From Dimorphilus gyrociliatus (taxonomy: Eukaryota > Animalia > Annelida): 64,000 bases of DNA. Made by a program: the position numbers and the translations under genes. The stretch spans positions 22,194-86,193 of the forward strand of contig CAJFCJ010000048.1 in NCBI GenBank assembly GCA_904063045.1, given 5' to 3'. This document shows positions 21,827 to 33,958 of the stretch, piece by piece. Numbering within the stretch: the stretch's first letter is position 1; every line of letters begins with the position of its first letter. Below the pieces are notes generated by a model. The model saw nothing but the letters and a program-made list of their open reading frames with translations, searched no databases and was not told the origin of the DNA.

Positions 21827-22888
21827 TTAAAGAAACTTTATTTCACAAAGTTCAACTGGCTGAATTTTGTGAAAAGTATAAATATAAACACCTTCGCAAA
21901 ATCGATCTCCGCATGAACATGAATATTTGCATTCGGTTTTGCTTGACAATGATATTTCGCATAGTTTAAACTTTCCGAAAAAAGTCACATCAAATTGAGA
22001 TTGAAAAGGTACATAAACCAAAATATTCCTTTCCATTTCATTTAAACAATTTAAACTGGTACCACTAATTTCAATATTGAATGGACTGTGTAACTTGCCA
22101 ACCCCAGGAAATGGAAATCTTATTATATAAGGGTAAAATTTTATATCTATGCAAGTAGAAGTGTCGGAATCCAGTAAAATTGATGATGTTTTATCGTTAT
22201 AAAGAGATTTTGGAGAGAGTATTTCCGGTTTGGAAGTACACGTTATTTTATCTCCAACTATTGGCTTAAATTGACAATGCTGAGATGTTAAACATGATGA
22301 TGTACCAATAGTAAATTGTGAACATGTATTGCCATTTGCGCAAATAGTTCTACATTCAAAAAAGTCTTTATTTCCTTCATTTTTATAGTTCTCCTGGCAA
22401 AAACCTTGCTGACAAGTTGACGTTACGTAAGCAATTCTATCGTATGATCTCATCTGTGAAGGTAAATGACTGGGAAGAGTTCCTTTAAAAAAGGCTTTTA
22501 ATTTTTTAAAGCACAATCTATTCGAATATAAAGTATTTACTACTGTAAATCCTTGACAGTTGGAATCTTCAAGACAATATTTAGCACATAATTTTGGGTT
22601 TTGAGCTTCTAATTCGTAAATTCTATTTGCTGAATCGAATTTATCGAGAACTCCATTCTTGTAAGTAAATCCTGGAACTGCATACTTTGGCTTATAACAT
22701 CCGTAATTTTCATCAAAACAATTATAGCTTTCAAATTCGTCAATTGTACATTGGCTTGCAGAGATATTCATTTCACCAACTCTAACTCGTTCACTTACAA
22801 TAACATCGCATTCGTCATCAAAGTAACCGCAAAAAATATAGTTGACTTTAATAGCCAAAACAAAGAAGAAGCAATTATAAAGAAGCAT
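21827..22888 (-). CDS. Single-exon secreted Cys-rich protein with a PAN domain and an unnamed C-terminal Cys-rich domain
   Basis: Signal peptide MLLYNCFFFVLAIKVNYIFC; PAN LCAKYCLEDSNCQGF; C-terminal DTSTC...SLNC...VYV...KLC...CKYSCSC...LCEI. Confidence 0.75.
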   Translation of the reverse strand: MLLYNCFFFVLAIKVNYIFCGYFDDECDVIVSERVRVGEMNISASQCTIDEFESYNCFDENYGCYKPKYAVPGFTYKNGVLDKFDSANRIYELEAQNPKLCAKYCLEDSNCQGFTVVNTLYSNRLCFKKLKAFFKGTLPSHLPSQMRSYDRIAYVTSTCQQGFCQENYKNEGNKDFFECRTICANGNTCSQFTIGTSSCLTSQHCQFKPIVGDKITCTSKPEILSPKSLYNDKTSSILLDSDTSTCIDIKFYPYIIRFPFPGVGKLHSPFNIEISGTSLNCLNEMERNILVYVPFQSQFDVTFFGKFKLCEISLSSKTECKYSCSCGDRFCEGVYIYTFHKIQPVELCEIKFL

Positions 22889-23210
22889 TTTCTGTTTCAC
22901 AACAACTTGGAATTATTTGACAAATAATCAAGTTTTGTTAATTTATCAGAATTGTTAGAATCGATTTTGTCCTTTTCAATTATTTACCAATTTGCCAAAG
23001 TACTTAAATAAAAGAAAACCTTTCAAGTTCGTCCACAGATAGTCTGAATTTTTAATTATCAACAGTGAATCGTATTGTTTTTTAAATGTAAATTATGAAT
23101 ATCTCTCTCTTTCAAACTAAATATTAACATATTTCTATTGCAATTGTAGGTAATAATTTAAGCATTGTACTGCTTCTGCTGTGCTAAATTATTCTTTGAG
23201 AATAAACACA

Positions 23211-23424
23211 CAATGCGACAGAAAACGTGGATGAATTTTTGAATTTTACCCTAACCCTAACCCTAACCCAGCTCTAGCATTTACCTTCTTTACTTTACCT
23301 TCCCTTACCCTTAGATGGGTTGCCCTTAAGTAGAAATCAATAGCTGTTTTATTCTTCCTAAGAAGTTTTCAACCCAAAATCTAAGCTTCAAATATATCAT
23401 TTGGGGATGTTTTCTGTTGACCTC
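23211..23424 (-). mobile_element. Full-length, older TTAGGG MITE
   Basis: atgcgacagaaaacgtgg...(taaccc)x3...ggggatgttttctgttgacctc. The TSD is degraded. Confidence 0.8.
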
Positions 23425-23689
23425 AAAAAAAAACATATAATATAATAACTAAGGAAATTCACCAATTTTCTTTTGGAAAATGTATCACTTACTGAATTTG
23501 AATCTTTCTGTTTGAGGCTGATCTTATCCCCATTTATCAACAGATTCTTTCTGAAAGGAAATTAAAGAGGTTACAAAAAAAAATTGGGTGTGTTGGAAAA
23601 TATTCACAAATTGATGCTTTTACCCTAATACTAACCCAACCCTTGTGATAACCTAACCTCTTCCACGAGCCTAAACCTTCAATGAGAAC

Positions 23690-23950
23690 CTCCTGAGTAT
23701 TTTCTGTCAATTCATGGACATTTTCTGTCACTTGATTAGAAATTTTAATTCTCACAAGATTAAGCTAATGAGAAAAGTTACATGATATGCTGTGAGAATC
23801 AATCATTCAATATGTATATATTTATCATATTATCTTGTCAAAATATCTTTTTTTCAACCTATATTTGCAAAAAAATGTATTTTTATTGTAATGGACATTT
23901 TCTGTCAGTTTATGGACGTTTTCTGTCATGAACATTTTCTGTTGACCCCA
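23690..23950. mobile_element. MULE end with subterminal ggacgttttctgtca tandem repeats and GGGGTC terminus
   Basis: atggacattttctgtcagtttatggacgttttctgtcatgaacattttctgttgacccc. Confidence 0.65.
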
Positions 23951-24170
23951 ATATAACATCATCATGTGTAAAAGACAAACAGAACATATCATTTATATAC
24001 TATATCAACTTTTTTAAATGAACAATAGTTATACTTTGCAATTAAAGACATTGAAATGGTTTTTAAAGAAATGGCTTATGACTAGTTTCTTGTATCCATT
24101 TTTTAATAAAGTAACATCTCACTTTACACCATGATTAAACTAACTAGTGTATTAGTGACATATTTATTTT

Positions 24171-24376
24171 GGATGCCACAGAAAACATCCACAAATGAGT
24201 GCCTTTACCCTAACCCTAACCCAGCCCTTGGCTGTACCTAACCTTTCCATTAGCATTAACCCTTAGAGGAGACAATCCTAAGTATAAATCAGTTGCTGTG
24301 TTCTTCTTCCTAATCATTTCCCAATCCATAATTTAGTCTTGAAATTTCTCATTTGTGGTCATTTTCTGTTGACCCC
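24171..24376 (-). mobile_element. Full 206-bp TTAGGG MITE with 9-bp TSD
   Basis: ggatgccacagaaaacatccacaaat ... atttgtggtcattttctgttgacccc. Flanks atttatttt / atatatttt match 8/9. Confidence 0.9.
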
Positions 24377-24816
24377 ATATATTTTTATAAATTATATCTG
24401 AAGGAACTTTACAAAGACTTCTATTTCATAGAAAGTAAAATATTAGACTGCAACAGATATGGCCACAATAAAATTGGCAAAGGAGCAAAGAAACATGTTG
24501 AAAATTTGAAGTTGTATTTGTGTGAGTAATTTGCCCAATTGGTAAATGATTGGAAAGGAGAAATGAAGTTGTAATGAGTTTTACTTGTTGTTTTGTCTCT
24601 TTCAAAATTAAGTTTCTCATGATCAACTTCTCTTTAAGAATTTTTTAGTTAATGATTAAAGAACAAATTCGCCCTGCACAATCAATCAGCAGGTCGAGAA
24701 AGACACTGTAAAAAATTGGAACCTTATTCAAAATGAATAAATATAAAAAATAACCACGTTATAAATAACTGTTGTCATGATAAAATCAACAGAAACTGTC
24801 ATTTTGAAATAATAAT

Positions 24817-26150
24817 ATGGTTAGCATGGCTTTGAAAAGTGAACATTTAAAGTTCTTAGTGTTTTACACTTTAGCTACACTTCCAATAGCTTTAAATGTC
24901 ATATGTCTACTTTATGGATGCTTTATCAACACAAATCTGATTTTGGTTGATCAAGCAAAAAAGCTGAGAGAAATGGTAGCTGAACAATATAATACAACAG
25001 ATGTTGTTAACAATTGTATTGAATACAAAGATCTAAAAGGGTAATAAATATGGAGATTGAAAGGTTAAGGGCATTTCAATTTGATTTTATATTTTCATTT
25101 TTCAGCGAAATCTTGAAAATTATGATTGTTATCGCAAGTGTTCAAGCGATTCTATATTTCGAAACTTGTACTGGAATAAAAAAGAAAAAATCTTTTCAAA
25201 TTTCACTAGTTTTTATTAAACTAACAAATTGTTTAGCAATACCAATAAGTTTTAAATATTTCCACCAAAAAGACTTTATTCTATGGATTGGTATTGCAAA
25301 ATTCTGCTTCTATTTTTTTGCTGTAGATCTAGCATCATTTCTGCTAATAATCGTCTCTTCCTTCTTGATAATCCATTTCAGAATCATTGTGTATCATTGT
25401 TTTAATAGGAGAAAATTAATATTCAATTGTCTTTGCTTATTGAATGCATTAATAATTTTCTGTAAAGTTATGGCCATGGACATTACTTCAATAGGCCTAA
25501 CTTTTGGAGGTGACTGCAATGTAACATATATTGTCAGCAGTTCAAATATTACAGTCACGTCTTATCATAATCCATATATAAAAGGATTGGAACTGGCATG
25601 TTATCTATTATATTTTTCACTTAACCCCAACAGGATGTTGTTTTCAACAACAATAAATGCAATGATTATGGTACTAACATTATCCTTACTAATTTCAATT
25701 TACTGTATTTTTAATGACATATTTAAAAAATCAGTAATTTTTTTAAAGGTTATGTTGTCATCACTTGTAGCTGCACTTTGTATCTTGGTTATATTTTATT
25801 TCAACTTTAGTTCACTATTTCAACAATCTTTTGAAATTAAACTGTCTTTTATAGGTTTTTTTATATTGCTTCAAGTTTTTTGCTTTTCATATCCTCTAAT
25901 TTGTATACATGTTATTATGGATTCTTCCAAAAAAATGTTAATGGATAAGTATGTTTTACTTTTTTTTTTGCTTCTAATTTAACTTAATTTGCTGTTTTTT
26001 TGCAACAGAAACTCTCTTTTCTACACAATTAAACAATTGATTGATAGTAAGAAGCCTACATTGAAAAAGAGTGAAATGACTGCAGAATGCCATTTGAATA
26101 ACCAAAGTATTGATATGAATTATGATATGCCACTAATTGAAAACAAATAA
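24817..26150 (+). CDS. Unknown multipass membrane protein, 3 exons (24817-25040, 25106-25948, 26009-26150), ~400 aa
   Basis: GT-AG introns of 65 and 60 nt join the two track ORFs and a hydrophilic tail in frame; about 7-8 hydrophobic segments. Confidence 0.7.
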
Positions 26151-26579
26151 AAAACAATGAATACTTGTTTGGCATTTGTTTGTTTAATGTATATATTTAC
26201 TTTTCATAACACTGAAATTAGTTTTATATTTAATACAATAATAAGTTTTTCTTAAACATGCTAATTCTGGTGTCAAGGTTATATCATACATCATAAGTTT
26301 CAGCACAATATTCTATAACTTACTGATATCAATTCTAAAGCTTGTGTTTTGTCTGATGGTTTTCAGTAGTGAAATACTGCAAAAAATTCTGAAAAATTGT
26401 AGATGAAATATGCACAATATTCACTTTCCATGAAAAACATGGAAGATCCCAGAACTGTTTCCTGTCTGGATTTCAAAATGGCTACAAAAAGTGATTGCAT
26501 TATGGGAATGTATTGGATATATCTCAAAATCAATAATAATTTAAATTTGAAAAAGTATTTTGTAATATTTTCTTCACAT

Positions 26580-26685
26580 AGTGGACGTTTTCTCCAGTGG
26601 ATGTTTTCTCCAGCCAGTGGATGTTTTCTCCAATAAGTGGACGTTTTCTCCAGGAGACATTTTCTCCACTGGATGTTTTCTCCAT
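26580..26685. repeat. Subterminal tandem array (ggacgttttctcca) of a MULE-like element
   Basis: Five to six copies of gga(c/t)gttttctcca, a variant of the MULE subterminal motif. Confidence 0.6.
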
Positions 26686-27059
26686 AATTCATGAATTCAG
26701 TTTCTATATATAATGGTAACATAGGCATTCAATGTACCATTTCAAAAATTACTGGGAAACTGGTAAAACTTTCAGGGTGACCAGAATTGTACTGAGAGCA
26801 AGCCTTTTACTTATTCAACAAAACATGACTGTCCTGCAGGTTAATTCAAAAATATTCTCTATTATCTTCTTTCCCATTCATTTACTCTTTGATGTTTGAA
26901 CAGCTGACTGAAATGAAAATGGCGAACCACATTTTTCGCAAAATGTTGCAATTTGTTATGAAGTTATTGGAAAAAGTGGTCAACACATTTGAATTGAAAA
27001 TTCAAAAAAAAAAAAAAATGACTTTAACAACTTCTATCTACTCTTTAGGCAATGGCATT

Positions 27060-27580
27060 TTTTAGACACTCCAAAAGGAATATTTGGTGTTGGAAGAGAA
27101 TACTTCAGAGTATTTGGAAAAGAACTTTATTTCAAAGAAATAAAAAAATCATCTTGCTTTAATTTGATCAGTGGTTTCTTGTTATTATTTTGAGAGGAGA
27201 ACAAATGTTATTGTTCCTATATTAATATTAGGCAGCTTTCTTTATCCATTCATAATTTGTTCTTGTTCTTTGAATTGCACGCCACTATTTGTTTCTTGTT
27301 TAGCCTAAAATATCCACTAGATGTCTATAAAGACCTCCTCGATTTCTGATATGTGTTAATTGCCATTCTGCAAAAATTATTACATATTTTAAATTGAAAA
27401 GAAAAAATAATCAAAATCTTGTGCTAAAATCTTTATGTTAAAACCACTGTTGGAAACTCTGCTAACAAGCACAAAATGGATATTTAAAACCATATTAGCA
27501 ACCAAAGTAAATACATTGTAATTACTTACCAGAAAAATTGAGCTTTTGTAAGCTGATGTGAAATTGAAGAGTACATTTAT
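27060..27580 (-). mobile_element. Highly decayed MULE transposase relic
   Basis: The minus frame has FYFFEIKFF...YSFWSV, resembling the YFE..W...WSV segment upstream of RTNN. Confidence 0.4.
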
Positions 27581-27656
27581 CAAAAATAAAATTGTTACTC
27601 TCTCTAGTGAGTACTTTCAAAGTGAAAATGCTAATAATCACTAATTGAAAAACAAA

Positions 27657-29106
27657 ATGGCTGCCAGCGGTTATTTTAACAAAAAAGAAGAAATTGAGTG
27701 TTGTATTTGCTTAAATTCTTGGCTAAATAGTGACCTAAAAGTTCTTCCATGTCAACATACTTTCTGCTTTCATTGTTTAAATCAACAACATATTCAAAAC
27801 AATGTAATTACTTGTCCAGAATGTCAACAGGATTATACAGTAAAAGAGGAGGATAATACAAAATTACCAAAATATATTTTGAAAAATTCAGTTGAAAAAT
27901 CAACAACAAATCAAAATTTATGTTTAATTCATCAGGAAAAAACAGTACTTTATTGTCCAACACACAATGTAGAAAATTTATGTCATATATGCTTTGAAGA
28001 TAGTCATCAAAATTGCAAAATATTGACAATGCTAAGGCATGAAAGAATGAAAACTGATTTAAAAGTTATTTTAGAATATGAAGCTGAAATGACTAAAGAG
28101 ATTTTAAAGAAAATTGATGATTGTAAAGGCAAAGCAATTCCAAGGCTTACAAATCAGTTTGATGAAATAAGGAATACATTTCTGAATATAAGTCAGGATA
28201 ATTGAAATCTTTTAAAATCATTTTTAAAGGCTAGTGATGGTTTAAAGACAGCTATAGAGAGAATTAAAGATACTGATCTGGAAATTGTGGACAACTTTCA
28301 AGTCTTTTATAAAATTCTCAACATTACACAACTTTTTAATACTTTTCAACAGAAACAGCTGAATGAAACATAAGTAGAACTTTTAAATAATATAAAATCA
28401 ATAAATACAAAGACATAAATTCATAATGTCAATTTATCAGAAAAGATCCTTAGTGATGGGGAATTAAAAAATTTCTGCTTGAACCTTCTATCAATAAATT
28501 GTCCTTTAAACATTAATTTTTCTCAGTGTAATTTGAATAAAAATACAAGCAGAACAATTGGAAATATGTTACAACTTTCTTCTAATGTGGAAGCAATAAT
28601 TTTACAAGGTAATAAAAGAATGGAAAATGGATTTTTTACTCTTTGCAAAGGACTTTATCAATCATAGAACAGTTTAAAGACCATTGATTTTTTTTCTATA
28701 TGTGAAGGGTGTCAACAATCATCAAACACTTTCAAAAGTTTTCATTTATCTGCATGTCATTTGAATGAAAAACAGAGTAAGAAATTTGGGAATTTATTAA
28801 TTTTGTCCTAAAATTGAAGAAATAAATTTACATTGTAATCAACAAATGAAAACTGGATTTTTTAACATTTGCAATGGGCTTCAAAAGTCATCAAACATTT
28901 TGAAAAGTATTGATTTATCTGCATGTCATTTAAATGAAAAACAGAGTGAAAAATTTGGAGATTTACTTAAAAGATGCTCTAAAATAGAAACAATAAATTT
29001 ACAATTAAACAAAGGAATGGGGAATGGATTTTTAGATATTTGTTTTTTTTGTGTATGTTTTAAGGAAAAGATATGCAACTTATTTTACTTTTTAGGGATG
29101 TTGTAG
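27657..29106 (+). pseudogene. Intronless RING - B-box - coiled-coil - RNI-like LRR gene with nonsense and frameshift lesions
   Basis: RING CCIC...LPCQHTFCFHC...CPEC and B-box CLIHQE...YCPTH...CHIC...H. The same frame continues through 4 stops (first at 28203) into LRRs NFSQCNL...GNKRMENGFFTLCKGL of the 15259 family. Confidence 0.8.
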
Positions 29107-29509
29107 AATGGAAAAAACATTGGTATAATGTTTTCAATTGAAGAATTAAATCCTTACATAAAAATAATCCCTTTGAGAACAATTGACTATTTGGCATTAG
29201 AACTGGGTACCATATTAATTATTTTAAAAAACTTAGTTTGTAGTGTTTGAATTCAAATCGTACTGATAAATTTTCTCTGTTTCAAGATGAATTATATAAC
29301 TATGATAGTAAGATTGATGAATGCGATAGAAAATATGGAATGAATTATGAAGTTTTACCCTAACCCTAACCAAGCCCTATTCCATCTTTCTCTTCCCTAA
29401 ACTTTAGTTTAGACCTTCCTAACAACAAAACAATAGTTGATTTATATTTTTATTTGAACTTAGTATATAATTTTTGTTTGTTTTATGAAACAAATGCTTT
29501 TCATTTTGT

Positions 29510-29670
29510 TGATTAATTTCTACGGAAATTACATTTCTTAAGGCTACTTGTGGATGAATTTGAAAGGTTCTATTTGTGTGAGTACTTTGGTGCATTGATA
29601 AATGTTTGGAAAAGATGAATACTGTTCTGAAGAAGCAGAAATTCCTACCATTACAATACAACAAAGTATA
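29510..29670 (+). repeat. Family B repeat, 3' half
   Basis: gtggatgaatttgaaaggttctatttgtgtgagtactttgg...cagaaattcctaccattacaatacaacaaagt. Confidence 0.75.
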
Positions 29671-29928
29671 TCTGATTCAATCAGTTTGATTTGTAGAGGT
29701 GAATTTAAACAGTAGGCTTCTAAACTTCAATACCAGCTTTACTCAGCTATATAACTTCAGGAAAAATCCTTGCCTGACCAAAGGTGGACCCAAACCCAAA
29801 ACCTACTTCATTCAATAGCCAATACTTAAAAGTTAATATGGAAAAAATTTTCTATTAGCATTTAAAAACACAATTTCCAGGATGACACTTCAAAAGAAAA
29901 TTATTTATTTCAAAATTTTTACTATTCT

Positions 29929-31823
29929 TTATCTATTAAAAATGACTGTTGCTTCGCAGAATTTTGCATCATTATCAGGGTATTCTTGGTATTCCTTTAC
30001 AATTTGTAAATGACGAATTGCTCCAAATTTACATCTATATTTGCACAGTTTAATAGAGAATTGATCTGGATTTTCGAAACTATGAAAAGGACATTGGCAC
30101 AGTGATAGACTACCACAATTTTCAGTATTATCCTCCTTATAAACCATAATATCTTGACAATCAAATGGATAATTATTCTCTTTAAACCATAGGTTAACTT
30201 CAATAGAACTACTTTCCAAATTATTTGGATCAATTGAAATTCTATTAAAATGAATGTTTGATGAACAAGTTTGTAAATTATGATCAACAATTTCTTGATT
30301 GTTTGATTGAAGGAAATTTTTTTTATAAAAACAACCTATTCTACCAACTGTTAAATCAACTTGTGACATTTCACTACTTTCAAATTGTTTACTGACACAA
30401 ATTTTTAACAGTGGTAAATCATTTATTGGTAAATTGATAAGCCCATAATAACTTCCATTAAAGTTATTTGTACATTTACATTTTAAAGCTGGATATTTAA
30501 AGCATTTTCCATTTTCATCTAAAAACTTTAGAGTTTTATTATTTGATGCAAATAATAATCCTTCAATATTTTCTGATTTATAATTTGAACAGTCAATACC
30601 TATGTATTGAGTGCAATAATAGCTGTTGGCTGCCAAGTGATGTTTGTATTTTCTAAAAAATGAATTGCTTGGGCTGCAATGAAGAAATAGCAAAGTTTGA
30701 AACAAAATGGAAGATTAAATTATTTAAAGTTTCACCTGATAATTTGGTGATCTACAGAACATTCGTCAGTTGTTGTTGGTGTATAGGTTCTTTTTCCTAG
30801 ACCTTCTAATGTCAAATCAGATGATTTTATAAAATTTCCAAAAGATTCGCAAAGAACTATAATAGGTTTTGGTTTAAGACCAATTGCTTTAATTTCATAT
30901 AAACCAAGAAATACTTGATTATCGCTCTTATAAAATAGAAATCTGAGAAAGTTTGTCTTCAATTCCGTTTGTAATGATGTAAACAAACTAGTTTTATTTA
31001 CAATCATTTCAATTAATCTCTCATCAGATTTGATGATAATAGAATCAATTTCATTTTCAATTGGTTGTTTTACAATAATCTGTTCAATTGAGTACCTGTC
31101 ATAAAAATTTATTTGAATAAATATGTTTTTATCAGTTGCCAATGGTTTCCACATTTCATCAATATAAATAATAGAGTCTTTTATAGCTAATTTACAATTA
31201 CCAGTTGATGATTGGCAAGTTGAACCACTTTCAATTTTTGAAATATCTAATGATATCCAATTATCAATTATATATAAAAAGACAGAGGACGCCACAAGTT
31301 GTGATTGATTAAACCATTCGGAACACGATAGAAAATATTTATTCAAACCAAGAATTTGAATTTCTCCAATTTCTAGATCATTGTAATCTGATTCACTTAC
31401 TTTTACATAGATTCTATGTATAGATGTTAAATTAGAAAATTCAATTTCATTCCAGCCATTTGTAAAATTATGCTCTAAAACATAATCTTCGGTATTGTCT
31501 GAAAATGTTATTGTAAAATTCAACTTTTCCTGTCCATTACGTAATTTCAGAAGACGTATCATGTGTAATTTAAAATTTTCACTATGCTCAATTTGAAACC
31601 AAAAATTAACTTGGCTTATATTTTCTTTATTAGGATCAGACTTGAATTTCAAAGCTGTTCCATCATATAAATTATTAAATTCATGTAGTCCATAATGAAT
31701 AGATCCGCTTTTGCGAATAATGTCCTGTGACGATAATAGATTTACGTAATCTTCATAAAATCCATTGATTAACGGTATAAACAGTATTATCACACCAAAA
31801 AAGATATTTTTTATCATATACAT
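29929..31823 (-). CDS. Secreted protein with 2 discoidin (F5/8C)-like domains, a Caspr-type fibrinogen-like domain and a Cys-rich C-terminal domain; 2 exons (31823-30736, 30673-29929)
   Basis: Signal peptide MYMIKNIFFGVIILFIPLING. A 62-nt phase-2 intron (30674-30735) joins the two track ORFs. Motifs WKP...FIQINF...LGLYEIKAIG and YCTQYIGIDC...CKC...LPINDLP...LTVGRIGC. Confidence 0.7.
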
Positions 31824-32469
31824 TTTGTTCAAAGAGAGAAAATTTTCCAACTAATAAAAAGTTTTCTCATGTTCAAACAAAATAAAGATAATCGATGTTT
31901 TCAATTTCTGAGAATAAATAACACATCAACAATTTATTATTTATGAAAATATCCATATTTTTCTTGTCAATTTCTTATTTGTTCTATTGATCTAGTTAGT
32001 GTAAATAGACATGGAGTAATAATTTTATCTCTTCTTTTCAGGAGTTTACTTGAATAATTCATGATGAGAGTCAATAGAAATTCAATTTTTTCAATATTTT
32101 TTTGTGAATTAAGTCTCAAAAGAAATTGATTATCATATTTTGTTTCATTATTATATTTACTTTTTTGTTTGTCTCCACAAGTCATTGACAAATATCCATA
32201 AATTGACAAAGATCATCTAAAAATTGTATGTTGTTGCATTTTAATTGTAGGAAATTCTGGCTCTTACATACTGTTTTTTTTAGTAATTTAAATGCTGGAA
32301 ACAGCACATTTCGGTAGTGAATTTAAAAATTTTTTATTTCTATAATTAACCTTCACCTTTGAAGCAATATAGACTAGTTAATTTGGTTCTATTTCGACCA
32401 GTACTTACCTACAACCTCAGCAGGAAAGTAAACTGCATTATCATAATTTACTTTATGCCATTCAAGTTT

Positions 32470-33069
32470 CCCTCTTCTTATTTGTGTTGATCTTGTTAAA
32501 GATACAATAATTGAAGGATTTTTATTCAGATTACAAGGAGGATTCAAACATAATTGCATATCAATTGAATTTCCTGGACATTCAACTCCTCCATTGGATG
32601 GTGGAGGATTTATACAACTTCTTGTTCTTGTTTTTAAACCATCACCACAATTTGGATTACATCCACTCCATTCAGATCATTTGGACCATCCTCCTGCTAT
32701 AGGATACTTAGAATCTTCAGCAGCAACACATATTCTAGTTGTACAGTTACAAACATTTAATGTTGCACCAAAGAAAAAACCAGATGGACATTGCTGTGGC
32801 AAAGCAACACCATTGTAACAATGATGGAATTGCCTACAATCATTTTTGTTAGGGAATGTTCCATTTTGACCTCCTTCACAATCACATTCTGTATATAGCA
32901 AGACTGTTGAAGTGTATATGGAGAAAAGTCAGAATTAAGTAGGCAAACAAATTGAGAAAAATTCCATTCAATCAATAACAACACTGTAAAATAAATATAA
33001 TTAAATGATAAATTCAAAACATTGAAAAAAAAATTATTAACAGAAAAGAAGAGAAAATATTAATTTCAT
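32470..33069 (-). pseudogene. Chitin-binding (CBM14/peritrophin-A) plus TSP1 protein with an in-frame TGA
   Basis: CEGGQNGTFPNKNDCRQFHHCYNG...QCPSGFFF...C, then [40 protein letters not shown]...C. Putative signal-peptide start at 33069. Confidence 0.75.
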
Positions 33070-33649
33070 TTTTCTTGTCACAGATACTTTTTACACTTTT
33101 GAAATAAAAATGAATTTTGGTTGAGAATGATAAAAATCAGATGACAGATGACACATTTCAAGGAGATGCATTTCTATTATAAAGAATATTATAAAGAATA
33201 TTTGCTATTTGCAACCTAGCATTAATATTACAATTTATTAATCCATAAATTTATGATTTTCAACTAAAACTAGTTGAATTAATTATCAATTATGCTTCAA
33301 TTCTAAGTTTAGATTATATTCACTATTCAACAGTATGGTATACACAATACTGTTCTTCTTAACATGCATTAATCAGATATACTTCCTCCTTATATGCTGA
33401 TGCTAAATTTACTAACTCAATCAATTCAATATCATTATTAAGGTAGAATATAAAAACGGTCAAATATACAATCTACATGTTTTCTTCATTGTTACATCTT
33501 ATGCAACTCTCCAACCTGAGAAATTCAACTATTATTTAGAAGAGGAAAACAATAAAAACATGACCATATTTAGAACTTTTCTTTGTCTTCAAATGTTACT
33601 TTTGTTTTTGTGAACATTGAAATTTGTGAACTATCAACCCTTAAAAGAG

Positions 33650-33955
33650 TATATAAACCCTACGAAATTAACAGTTGACAGTTCACTTTTCTAACCATCA
33701 GCTAGTTGTTTAAACTAGCTTGTTTAGAACTAGAAGCTCATTTTACTCAATACATATTCTTTGGACAAAATACTGGTGTTTTGTTAATTAATTTCTACCG
33801 AAATTGCCTTTGTTAGCCTATTTGTGGACGAACTTTAAAGGTTCTATTTGGACCAGTACTTTGGCAAGTTGGTAAATGATTGGAAAGGACGATTATAGGT
33901 GTGACGAACCAGAAATTCCTACAATTACAATACAACAAAGTACAACAAAGTTTGT
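33650..33955 (+). repeat. Family B repeat, full-length, abutting the FLYWCH-coding sequence
   Basis: Aligns with the reverse complement of 3074-3372 and ends in an acaattacaatacaacaaagtacaacaaag tail. Confidence 0.8.
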
Positions 33956-33958
33956 TCC

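Noticed and set aside
23245-23275. True telomere or chromosome end at the (TAACCC)n tracts
   Set aside because: Only 2-3 units, always inside the ~205-bp MITE with TIRs and TSDs.
26580-26685. CRISPR-like or zinc-finger-like repeats (track ORF 26363-26728 with HPL/ENI repeats; also 35720-35840 and 35069-35329)
   Set aside because: The units are 13-20 bp with no unique spacers or cas genes. They are transposon subterminal arrays, and the ORFs are translations of them.
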